Shown piece after piece: positions 10,255-19,362 of a DNA stretch of 64,000 nucleotides. Source of the stretch: Candidatus Latescibacterota bacterium (GTDB lineage Bacteria > Latescibacterota > UBA2968 > GCA-2709665); NCBI GenBank assembly GCA_965219995.1, contig CBDCOX010000002.1, positions 4,832,001-4,896,000 of the forward strand, in the 5' to 3' direction. The notes beneath the pieces are model-generated. The model searched no databases. It had not been told where the DNA came from and saw only the letters and a list, made by a program, of their open reading frames with translations. Numbering within the stretch: the first letter of the stretch is position 1; each line of letters opens with the position of its first letter. The position numbers were made by a program, and so were the translations under genes.

Positions 10255-10303
10255 GGTGAATCGGCGGGGCTTGACGGAAGAAATTAAACAGGGGGTTCGG
10301 GTT

Positions 10304-11365
10304 ATGACTCAACAGCACGCGGATGCGATGTGGTTTTACGTGGGCGGCGCCGGGATCGCGGTCTACCGCCTGGACCTGGCGACCGGGGACCTGACGCACC
10401 GGAGCACGGTTTCGGAGGTGAAGAATCCTTCCTTCCAGGCCATCCATCCGTCGAACCGCTTCCTCTATTCTGTGGCTGAAGTCAATGACGGCGGGGCGGT
10501 ACACGCGTTCGAGATCGATCCGGCCACGGGCGGATTGCGGTCGCTGAATCATCAGTCCAGCATGGGCGCCGGGCCGTGCCACGTGAGCGTGGACGCAACC
10601 GGACGGGTCGTCCTGGTGGCGAATTATTCGAGCGGCGGCGTGGCGGCGCTGCCCATCCGGGAGGACGGCAGCCTCGGCGAGGCCGCTTCCGTTTTTCAGC
10701 ACGAGGGTTCCAGCGTAAATCCGGGCAGACAGCAGGGGCCGCACGCGCATTCCATCACCATCGATCCGGGCAATCGATACGCCGTTTCGGCCGATCTTGG
10801 AATCGATAAAGTGCTTGTCTATCAGCTGGATGCGGAGAACGGAACCATAGCGGCCAACGATCCTTCATCTGTGGACGTCCAGGCGGGCGCCGGGCCCAGG
10901 CACTTCGCGTTCCATCCGAACCGGAAACACGCGTACCTGATCAACGAACTGGACAACACGGCCGTTGCGTACGCGTATGACGAACGCAATGGGGTCCTGC
11001 AGACGATTCAGGTGATTTCCACGTTGCCGTCCGACTTCACCGATACCAGCTATTGTGCGGACATCCACGTCTCGCCCGACGGGCGCTTCGTCTACGGCTC
11101 CAACCGGGGGCACGACAGTATCGTGATTTTTGAGGTCGACTCAGACGCGGGTACGCTCTCTGTCGTGGACTACGAGTCCACCCGCGGCGAGTTTCCGCGG
11201 AACTTCGCCCTCGATCCCTCCGGACGGTTCCTGTTCGCCGCCAATCAGAATACGGACAACATCGTCACCTATCGAATCGACCGGCAGACGGGAAGACTCA
11301 CGGCGACCGGCCAGCAGGTGGAAACGCCGCAGCCGGTCTGCATCAACATGATCCCCGCTGAGTAG
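10304..11365 (+). CDS. 6-phosphogluconolactonase-like lactonase (beta-propeller)
   Basis: GPCHV, ANY..G, PHAH, GPRH, SNRGHDS and PRNF motifs. Confidence 0.92.
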   Translation: MTQQHADAMWFYVGGAGIAVYRLDLATGDLTHRSTVSEVKNPSFQAIHPSNRFLYSVAEVNDGGAVHAFEIDPATGGLRSLNHQSSMGAGPCHVSVDATGRVVLVANYSSGGVAALPIREDGSLGEAASVFQHEGSSVNPGRQQGPHAHSITIDPGNRYAVSADLGIDKVLVYQLDAENGTIAANDPSSVDVQAGAGPRHFAFHPNRKHAYLINELDNTAVAYAYDERNGVLQTIQVISTLPSDFTDTSYCADIHVSPDGRFVYGSNRGHDSIVIFEVDSDAGTLSVVDYESTRGEFPRNFALDPSGRFLFAANQNTDNIVTYRIDRQTGRLTATGQQVETPQPVCINMIPAE

Positions 11366-11374
11366 AACCGCCGG

Positions 11375-11420
11375 AACACCCGCAGCACGGAACGAAACAC
11401 CTGAGCTGCGGGTGTTTTTT
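11375..11420 (+). terminator. intrinsic terminator
   Basis: 12-bp stem aacacccgcagc / gctgcgggtgtt followed by a T run. Confidence 0.7.
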
Positions 11421-11438
11421 GTGGAGCGACGGCAGGCC

Positions 11439-13004
11439 ATGAACATCGGCACGCTGCTGACGAAATCCGCGCGCACGTTTCCGGAGAATCTGGCCGTGGC
11501 GTGCGGTCCCGGGCGGTGGACCTACGCCCTGTTCAACGAGCGCGTGAACAGGCTGGCGCACGCATTTGGCAGACTGGGCGTCCGCCGCGGAGACCACGTC
11601 GCCATACTGATGCAGAATCTCCCGGAAATGCTTGAGTCCATGTTCGCGTGTTTCAAGGTCGGCGCCGCGGCCGTGCCGATCAATTTCCGTCTGCATCCCA
11701 ATGAATACACGTTTGTCATCGACCATTCGGAATCTGAACTGGTTATCATCTCTTCCGAATTCAACGCGCCGGTCTCGCAGATCAGGGAGCGCCTGCCCCG
11801 CGTCCGAAACGTCGTCACCATCGCGGATGCACACGAGGGAATGCTGGACTATGAGACGTTGATTCGAGCGGAAAGCGCCGGATTTGACGATGCGGATGTG
11901 GGGCCCGACGACGTGGCGTGGGTGTTCTACACGTCCGGAACCACGGCTCAGCCAAAGGGGGCGCTCCTGACGCACCGCAATCTGCTGGCGATGACGATGA
12001 ACTTCTATTCGGACATCTGCCAAGGTTTCGGTCCGGACGACGTGGCCCTTCACGCGGCGCCGCTGTCCCACGGGAGCGGCCTGTACGCCCTGCCCAACGT
12101 CGGCAAGGCCGCGGCCAACGTCATTCCGGAGACTGTATCGTTTGACGTCGAGAACGTCCTGGAGGCGATCGAGAGGTATCGTGTAACGAACATGTTCGCG
12201 GCGCCGACGATGGTCAAACGTATGGCCGAGAGCCCTGCGCTGCACCGGTACGATATTCGATCGCTGAAGATCCTCAACTACGGTGGCGGACCGATGCTGG
12301 CCGATGACCTGCGCGTTGCCATCGAAAAGCTGGGGTCGTGCCTGGTGCAGCTGTACGGCCAGGGCGAGTCTCCAATGACGATCACCTGCCTGCCACACCG
12401 CGACCACGTCCTGAACGGCACCCCGCAACAGACGAAGCGACTCAGTTCGGTGGGGTTTGCGCGAACGGACGTCGAGATCAGAATCCTGGACGGTGAGGAC
12501 TACGAACTCCCGTCGGGAGACATCGGCCAGATCGTAACGCGCTCGGACCTGGTCATGAAAGGTTACTGGCGCAATCCCGACGCCACAGCGGCCGCCCTGA
12601 AAGACGGTTGGCTGCACACGGGCGACGTGGGGTACATGGATGAAGAAGGCTATGTTTTTCTCCTGGATCGTTCCAAAGACCTGATCATCAGCGGGGGTGA
12701 GAATATCTACCCGCGGGAGATCGAAGAGGTACTCATACGGCATCCCGCCGTATTGGAGGTTGCGGTCATCGGCGTGCCGCATCCGGAGTGGGGCGAGGCC
12801 GTCAAGGCGGTTGTCGTGAAGGAGCCCGGGCGCGACGTATCGGGCGAGGAGCTGATCGAGTTCTGCAAGGGCCGGATCGCGAGTTTCAAGAAACCGGAGT
12901 CCGTGGATTTCGTGGAGGAGTTGCCGAAGAACAACTACGGCAAGATCGTGAAGAATCTAATCAGGGCGCCGTATTGGGGCGGCAGACAGAGCCAGGTGAT
13001 CTGA
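11439..13004 (+). CDS. acyl-CoA synthetase (AMP-binding)
   Basis: YTSGTT.QPKG, YGQGE, GWLHTGD, SGGENIYP and GKI motifs. Confidence 0.93.
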   Translation: MNIGTLLTKSARTFPENLAVACGPGRWTYALFNERVNRLAHAFGRLGVRRGDHVAILMQNLPEMLESMFACFKVGAAAVPINFRLHPNEYTFVIDHSESELVIISSEFNAPVSQIRERLPRVRNVVTIADAHEGMLDYETLIRAESAGFDDADVGPDDVAWVFYTSGTTAQPKGALLTHRNLLAMTMNFYSDICQGFGPDDVALHAAPLSHGSGLYALPNVGKAAANVIPETVSFDVENVLEAIERYRVTNMFAAPTMVKRMAESPALHRYDIRSLKILNYGGGPMLADDLRVAIEKLGSCLVQLYGQGESPMTITCLPHRDHVLNGTPQQTKRLSSVGFARTDVEIRILDGEDYELPSGDIGQIVTRSDLVMKGYWRNPDATAAALKDGWLHTGDVGYMDEEGYVFLLDRSKDLIISGGENIYPREIEEVLIRHPAVLEVAVIGVPHPEWGEAVKAVVVKEPGRDVSGEELIEFCKGRIASFKKPESVDFVEELPKNNYGKIVKNLIRAPYWGGRQSQVI

Positions 13005-13026
13005 CCGGTTGTCGAGGCGATGTGAG

Positions 13027-14292
13027 ATGATCAGGAAACGAAGACTCGGACGCGGTGTGGCCATGGTGGGCGCGGGCATGTCGGCGTTCGGCATGTTTCG
13101 GGAAAGGGATTCCAGGGATCTCTTCATCGACGCTTTTCGCGCCATGACCGCGTCGGTGGACAGGGGTCTGGATCCCGGCGATATCGACGCGCTGTACATC
13201 GGCAATTTCACCAACGATTTCTTCACGGGTCAATCCCACTGGGGCGCCATCCTCGTCGACGCGCTGGGCCTGGTCCCCCGGCCGGCAACGCGCACCGAGG
13301 GCGCGTGCGCCTCCAGCGCGATCGCCTTCCGCGAGGGCGTTTTTGCCATCGCGTCGGGATTCTACGATATGGTCCTGGTGGGCGGCGTGGAGGATATGTC
13401 AAAACGCTCCACGGCCGACGTGGCAGAGGGCCTGGCATCGGCGGCGGTCCCCTATGAAAGAAAGTCCGGCTTTACCTTTCCCGGGGTATTCGGCGCGATC
13501 GCGACGGCGTATTTCCACAGGTACGGCGCAACGCGCGAGCACCTGATGGACGTGACCATCAAGAGCCACGAGAATGCCCCGTTGAACCCGAAAGCGCAGT
13601 TCCAGGCGTCGATCGCCGACATCATGGAATCCAGGGTGGCGCGCGCCAGGGAAAGCGGTGCGGCCGTGCCCGAGTGGACGGACGAGAAAGACTTCCTGCG
13701 AGACCCCGGTGTCAACCCGCCGGTCGCGTGGCCCATGCATCTGTTCGATTGCTGTCCCATCAGCGACGGGGCGGGCTGTATCCTGCTGGTCGGCGAAGAA
13801 ATCGCCAGGCGCTTTACGGACGACCCGCTCTACGTGGTGGGCCTTGGCCAGGGCAGCGGCAGAGGGCTGCACTCAGCGCCGGACCTTACGGGATTCGAAG
13901 CCACGCGCCAGGCCGCAGGGGAAGCCTATTCCATGGCGGATCTCGGGCCTGACGACATACAGTTCGCAGAGGTGCACGACTGTTTTTCCATCGCGGAGAT
14001 CCTCCACGTCGAGGATCTCGGCTTCTTCGGCCCGGGTGAAGGGTATCGGGCGGCGGGTGAAGGCGCGACCCGGCTACAGGGATCTAAGCCCATCAACACG
14101 TCCGGCGGTCTGAAGTGCAAGGGGCATCCCGTCGGAGCGACGGGCATCGCGCAGCTGATCGAGGTATGGGAACAACTGAGGCAACAGGCAGGCGACCGGC
14201 AGGTGCCGAACGGCGATCTTCGCCTGGGCGGGGCCCACAACCTCGGAGGCACGGGCGGCACGAGCACGTTTACGATCCTGGAAAGGCGGTAG
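13027..14292 (+). CDS. thiolase, SCP2/archaeal type
   Basis: EGACASS, HDCF and SGGLKCKGHPVGATG motifs. Confidence 0.9.
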   Translation: MIRKRRLGRGVAMVGAGMSAFGMFRERDSRDLFIDAFRAMTASVDRGLDPGDIDALYIGNFTNDFFTGQSHWGAILVDALGLVPRPATRTEGACASSAIAFREGVFAIASGFYDMVLVGGVEDMSKRSTADVAEGLASAAVPYERKSGFTFPGVFGAIATAYFHRYGATREHLMDVTIKSHENAPLNPKAQFQASIADIMESRVARARESGAAVPEWTDEKDFLRDPGVNPPVAWPMHLFDCCPISDGAGCILLVGEEIARRFTDDPLYVVGLGQGSGRGLHSAPDLTGFEATRQAAGEAYSMADLGPDDIQFAEVHDCFSIAEILHVEDLGFFGPGEGYRAAGEGATRLQGSKPINTSGGLKCKGHPVGATGIAQLIEVWEQLRQQAGDRQVPNGDLRLGGAHNLGGTGGTSTFTILERR

Positions 14293-14295
14293 AAG

Positions 14296-14727
14296 TTGGG
14301 AAAGCGGCCCGTCAGCGACTACTGGTACGAACAATACCTCAGCGAGGAAACGCTGATGGGGTCGACATGCCCGCGATGCGGCGCAGTTTACGTACCGCCT
14401 CGACCTCTTTGCGCGGAGTGTCGGAACACGGAGATGAGGTGGACCCGTATGAGCGGCGCCGGACGGCTCGCGGCCTTTACAACCATCTCCATCGGACCGC
14501 CCGCCATGCGGGCCGAGGGCTACGACCGGGACAATCCGTATTGCACGGGTGTCGTCAAGTTGGACGAGGGCCCGAGAATCGCCGCCCGCATCGAAGGCGT
14601 CGACGCACGTAATCCCGATTCCATCAACGTCGGCGCTTTCATGAAAGCGGTTTACCTGCATCGCGGCAGCGGCGAGGGCCGCACGATGCAACTGGCCTTT
14701 CGTCCGATCTGCGACAACGCGCGATAA
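14296..14727 (+). CDS. DUF35 Zn-ribbon/OB-fold protein
   Basis: CPRCG..YVPPR.LCAEC followed by an OB fold; directly after the thiolase. Confidence 0.9.
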   Translation: MGKRPVSDYWYEQYLSEETLMGSTCPRCGAVYVPPRPLCAECRNTEMRWTRMSGAGRLAAFTTISIGPPAMRAEGYDRDNPYCTGVVKLDEGPRIAARIEGVDARNPDSINVGAFMKAVYLHRGSGEGRTMQLAFRPICDNAR

Positions 14728-14987
14728 CGCGCACGGATTCCCTGTCTTGGTATGGATAGCCAAATACGGTCCGTACGACTCAGGTTTACGAATGAAGGGA
14801 AAGCATTGCGGCGGTTGGCTCCCGTGGTTATATTTACACGCTTGGCTGTCCTCGCCGATATATCGTCAATTGATTCATCCATAGACGTGTTTTGTTGCGG
14901 TTCCGGAGGCGAGAGTCAGAGCGGCTGACGCCTGGGTTCCAACGGGAGGAACCGATTCCGGATCCGGTAAAAAGGAGACCTACGGAT

Positions 14988-16841
14988 ATGAATCGGACAC
15001 TCAAAGACCTGATGAACGAAAGCTTCGCAGAGCACGCGGATCGGACCGCCGTGCGCGTTCTGAGGCAGTCCGATCAGCAGGGCGAACGGGGGTTGCGCTA
15101 CGTTCCGATGACGTACTCGCAGCTCCGGGAACAGCGGGACAGGCTGGCGTCCGGACTGGCCCGTGCCGGTTACGCGAAGGGCGACCGCGTGGGGATACTG
15201 ACCGACGGCGGTCTGGAGCCGGTGCTGATCTTCCTGGCGGCGGATATGCTGGGGTTGTCTTCCGTGCCGCTTTGCAACAAGCTGCCGGACGATATTCTCA
15301 AGTATATGATCGAACACTCGGGCCTCGAGGTGCTGTTCCTGGACAGCAGGAGCGGGGAACAGGTGGACCGGATACTTCCAGGTCTGGCGAAGTCCCCGAA
15401 ACTGATCCTGACGGAGGGCCATTCCGGTGAGGTCCGGTCGTTTTTCGCGCTGGTGCAGGATGGCGCGGAGGCGCCTCCGCCCGACGTGGAAATCTACCCG
15501 GACGACGAGTCGAAAGTGGTCTATACATCGGGTTCGTCGGGTCTGCCCAAGGGCGTGGTACAGACCCATCGAAACCTGGTCGACAACGTGAGGTCGGTAT
15601 GGGACGGGATCTCCCGTCGCGAACAACCCGTTCTGTTCAAGTCCGCTCCGGATTACCATACGATGGGTATCCTGAACATCTACTATCCCCTCATCAAGGG
15701 CTGGACGCTGGATCTCGCGCGATCACCCGATCGGGTGCTGGTGGACATCCGTTATTCGGAGCCCCACGGCTTCCTGACGGTGCCGCTGATCCTCGACAAG
15801 GTTTACGGAAACGTCCGTAAGGAGATCGACGCGGGCGGGGTCAAGGGCAAGCTGGTTGAGCGTGCGGTCCGCGCCAAAAGAAACATCACGCGGGGCGAGG
15901 CTTCCATCTCCGACAAAGCGGTGTATGGACTGATCGGGAAGAAGGTTGTGGCGGCGATAAAGGAGAAGCTGTCCCAGCGCGTTGGCGGAAGGCTGGAGCT
16001 TCTGATCGTGGGTTCCGCCAAGGCGGACCCGGAGGCGCTGGACTTCTTTCAGGACGTACTGGATATCACCTCGCTGGAAGGATACGGAACAACCGAGTGC
16101 TGTCCGCTGATCGCGGTCAATACGCTGGACGTCCAGAAGACCGGTACCGTGGGAAGGCCTCTGCAGGAGGTGAAGCTGGTGACCGAGGAGGGTGAGGAGG
16201 TGGGGTCCGGCGATCCGAGCACACACACGTACCGGGACAGTGGCGGCAAAGAGGGAGAACTCTGGGTGCACGGGTCCCACGTGATGCGCAAATATCTCAA
16301 CGATCCCGATCGTACCGCGGAGACGCTGGTGAAGGACGATGCCGGAAAGACGTGGTATCGGACCGGCGATCTCTTCAGCATCGACGGTGACGGGTATTTG
16401 ACGTTCCGTGGACGGCTGGGGCGCCAGTTCAAATTGAGCAACGGGGAATTCGTGAATCCCGAGCTGCTCGAACGACTGTACGCAAGGGTACCGCTTGTCG
16501 AACACGTGATCATCTACGGCGATCAGAGCGGTTCCTTTCCCATGCCGGTTGTCACGGTAAACGTTGAGGAGGCACGGACGTTGTCCGACTTTACCGATCT
16601 ACCCGATGACGATGACGACGTGCGCAGGCATTCGGGCGTGGCGGAACGGTTGCGGGAACTCCTGCTGAACGAGGCGACCGCCGCCGGTTTGCCCGGACAT
16701 GAGCGTCCCCAGAGGGTGCTGGTGCTGCCGGACGCGCTGAGCGAGGAGGCGGGTACGCTGACGAGGGGTCTGAAGAAGGTGGTTCCCGGGGCGATTCTGG
16801 AACAGTACCGGGACAGCGTGGAGGCGGCGTACTCCAGTTAG
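14988..16841 (+). CDS. long-chain acyl-CoA synthetase
   Basis: YTSGSSGLPKG, GYGTTE, RTGD and KLSNGEFV motifs; AAGGAG RBS. Confidence 0.9.
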   Translation: MNRTLKDLMNESFAEHADRTAVRVLRQSDQQGERGLRYVPMTYSQLREQRDRLASGLARAGYAKGDRVGILTDGGLEPVLIFLAADMLGLSSVPLCNKLPDDILKYMIEHSGLEVLFLDSRSGEQVDRILPGLAKSPKLILTEGHSGEVRSFFALVQDGAEAPPPDVEIYPDDESKVVYTSGSSGLPKGVVQTHRNLVDNVRSVWDGISRREQPVLFKSAPDYHTMGILNIYYPLIKGWTLDLARSPDRVLVDIRYSEPHGFLTVPLILDKVYGNVRKEIDAGGVKGKLVERAVRAKRNITRGEASISDKAVYGLIGKKVVAAIKEKLSQRVGGRLELLIVGSAKADPEALDFFQDVLDITSLEGYGTTECCPLIAVNTLDVQKTGTVGRPLQEVKLVTEEGEEVGSGDPSTHTYRDSGGKEGELWVHGSHVMRKYLNDPDRTAETLVKDDAGKTWYRTGDLFSIDGDGYLTFRGRLGRQFKLSNGEFVNPELLERLYARVPLVEHVIIYGDQSGSFPMPVVTVNVEEARTLSDFTDLPDDDDDVRRHSGVAERLRELLLNEATAAGLPGHERPQRVLVLPDALSEEAGTLTRGLKKVVPGAILEQYRDSVEAAYSS

Positions 16842-16885
16842 GGAACGCTTCCCGATACGTAAACTCCGTATAGAGGAGCATTCGA

Positions 16886-17929
16886 ATGCCGGTCTTCTCC
16901 GCCGAAGAGCTGCGCCGGATAGGGCGGGACATCTACGAGCGCGCCGGCGCCACCTCAGACGAAGCCGAAACGGTCGCGGGGCAGCTGGTGGAGTCCAGCC
17001 TGTCCGGCCACGACTCCCATGGCGTGCTACGCCTGCCGCAATACGTGGCGGGCGTGGCGTCCGGGCAGATTGTACCCGGCGCCGTGGTCGAGGTGGAGCG
17101 GGAGACGCCCGCAACGGCCGTCTTGAACGGGAACTGGGGGTTCGGACACGTGACGGCGGTGGCGGCGATGAACGTTGCCGTTCGAAAGGCCCGCGAGGCC
17201 TCCGTGGGGCTGGTCACGGTTCACCGGTGCAACCACGTCGGCCGGCTTGGCGCTTTTTCGCCGCTGGCCGCCGAAGCGGACATGATCGGCCTGCTGGCGA
17301 ATAACGGACACGGGGCCGATCTGGCGATGCCCCCGTCGGGCGGGATCGGCCGGATACTGCCCGCGAACTGTCTGGCGGTGGCGTGTCCGTCCGCGGGGGA
17401 ATTCCCGATCGCGCTCGACTTCACCACCGCGGTGGCGGCAGGCGGCAAGGTTCGCGTGACCCTGGCAAAGGGAGAACGGATGCCCGACGGCTGGATGATC
17501 GACCATCGGGGGTATCCGACGAACGATCCCCGGGAGTATATGACGGAGCCGAAAGGGGCATTGCTGCCGTTCGGCGGGCCCGTGGCCCATAAGGGATACG
17601 GGCTGGCCTTCGTCATCGACATCCTCTCGGGCGCCCTGTCGCCGGCCGGTTGTTCCCGGGAGAATTCGAAGGAAACCGGCAATGCGCTTTTCGTGCAGGC
17701 GATCAACATCGAAGCGTTTCAGCCGCTGGACGCGTTCAAGGCTGAGGTCAAACGGTTCGTCGACTACGTGAAGTCGGCCAAACCGGCGCCGGGGTCGGAC
17801 GAAGTGCTGGTGCCCGGAGAGCGTTCGTGGCGCACCAGGAAGGAGCGTTCGAAGTCCGGCATCCCCGTCCAGGACGCGACGTGGGCGCAGATTGTGGAGA
17901 CGGGCAGGAAAGTGGGTCTGAAGTTGTAA
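16886..17929 (+). CDS. Ldh_2 family (malate/L-lactate dehydrogenase-like) oxidoreductase
   Basis: GHDSHG, HVGRLG, HKGYGL and PGE motifs. Confidence 0.92.
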   Translation: MPVFSAEELRRIGRDIYERAGATSDEAETVAGQLVESSLSGHDSHGVLRLPQYVAGVASGQIVPGAVVEVERETPATAVLNGNWGFGHVTAVAAMNVAVRKAREASVGLVTVHRCNHVGRLGAFSPLAAEADMIGLLANNGHGADLAMPPSGGIGRILPANCLAVACPSAGEFPIALDFTTAVAAGGKVRVTLAKGERMPDGWMIDHRGYPTNDPREYMTEPKGALLPFGGPVAHKGYGLAFVIDILSGALSPAGCSRENSKETGNALFVQAINIEAFQPLDAFKAEVKRFVDYVKSAKPAPGSDEVLVPGERSWRTRKERSKSGIPVQDATWAQIVETGRKVGLKL

Positions 17930-18017
17930 GAGTTTACGGGCTGTGGAATCCGACAGCCGGAAACAAGCCGTTAGCGGATGCGGTCGCGTAACGGGAACCG
18001 TAAGGAGGTTGTGGGAA

Positions 18018-19352
18018 GTGTCCGACGAAATTCGATCCAGAGCCGAGGGCGCCCGGGCCGCGGCATTGCAGTTGAGCAACGCATCCGAGGGGGAACGGAA
18101 CGCGGCGCTGGAGGCGATCGCGCGGGGTCTCGAGGCCAATGCGGCCGCCATTGTGGAGGCAAACCGGCGGGACCTGGACGCGGCGGAACGCATGCTGGCC
18201 GAAGGCAGGCTGACGGACGCGCTGGTGGGGCGGCTGAGGGTGGATACAGCCAAGCTGCGCAATGAAATCGTGCCCGGTGTTCGCAGCGTGAAAGCGCAGG
18301 TGGACCCCATTGGCCGCACCCTCGCCGCAACCGAGATGGACAGGGACTTGAAACTCTACCGGGTATCCGTCCCGATCGGCGTGGTAGGGATTGTGTTCGA
18401 ATCACGGCCTGACGCGCTCGTGCAGATTGCCACGCTTTGCATGAAGTCGGGCAACGCGGCGCTGCTGAAGGGGGGCAGCGAGGCGTTTCATACCAATCGC
18501 GCGCTGGCGAACATCCTCATTGCGTCGACAAGGGGCCTGCCCGGCATTCCGGACGGGTGGATGCATCTGATGGAGGCGCGGGAGGACGTGCAGGCCATCC
18601 TCGATCTGCACCATCTGATCGACCTGATCATTCCCCGGGGCGGCAACGCGCTTGTCCAGCACATTATGCGCAATACCAGAATCCCGGTGATGGGGCACGC
18701 CGACGGCATCTGTCACGTGTACGTGCACGCGATGGCGGATCTCGAGAAAGCCGGGCGGATCTGCCTGGATGCCAAGACCCAGTATCCCTCCGCGTGCAAT
18801 GCGGCGGAAACGTTGCTGGTAGACAGCGAAATCGCGGGTGACTTCCTGCCGGAAATGGTGGAGATTTACCAGCGTAACGGCGTCGAGGTGCGGGGAGACG
18901 ATCCGACGCGGGCGCTTGCAGGCGGCGCACTGGACCTGGCGACGGAGGAGGATTGGGGAACGGAATACCTCGACATGGTGATCTCCGTCAAAGTGGTGAA
19001 CGGCATTCGGGAAGCGGTCGAACATATCAACCGCTACAGCAGTCACCATACCGATGCGATTGTGACGGAAGACAGGGCGGCGGCGTCAAGGTTCCTGCGC
19101 GAGGTGGATTCCGCGTCCGCGCTCCACAACGCGTCGACCCGGTTTGCGGACGGGTTCCGATATGGACTGGGCGCCGAGGTGGGCATCAGCACCAACCGGC
19201 TGCACAGCCGGGGGCCCGTCGGTCTCGAAGGCCTGGTGATTTACAAGTACATCATTGAGGGGGACGGGCAGATTGCGGGAGATTACCTTGGAGAAGACGC
19301 CAGGGCGTTTACCCATCGCCCGCTCGCCGAGACCTGGACACCCGAAAGCTGA
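18018..19352 (+). CDS. proA: glutamate-5-semialdehyde dehydrogenase
   Basis: FESRP, LKGGSEA, CNAAET, NASTRFADG and EVGISTNRLHSRGPVG; TAAGGAGG RBS. Confidence 0.96.
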   Translation: MSDEIRSRAEGARAAALQLSNASEGERNAALEAIARGLEANAAAIVEANRRDLDAAERMLAEGRLTDALVGRLRVDTAKLRNEIVPGVRSVKAQVDPIGRTLAATEMDRDLKLYRVSVPIGVVGIVFESRPDALVQIATLCMKSGNAALLKGGSEAFHTNRALANILIASTRGLPGIPDGWMHLMEAREDVQAILDLHHLIDLIIPRGGNALVQHIMRNTRIPVMGHADGICHVYVHAMADLEKAGRICLDAKTQYPSACNAAETLLVDSEIAGDFLPEMVEIYQRNGVEVRGDDPTRALAGGALDLATEEDWGTEYLDMVISVKVVNGIREAVEHINRYSSHHTDAIVTEDRAAASRFLREVDSASALHNASTRFADGFRYGLGAEVGISTNRLHSRGPVGLEGLVIYKYIIEGDGQIAGDYLGEDARAFTHRPLAETWTPES

Positions 19353-19362
19353 GGGTTTTTCA

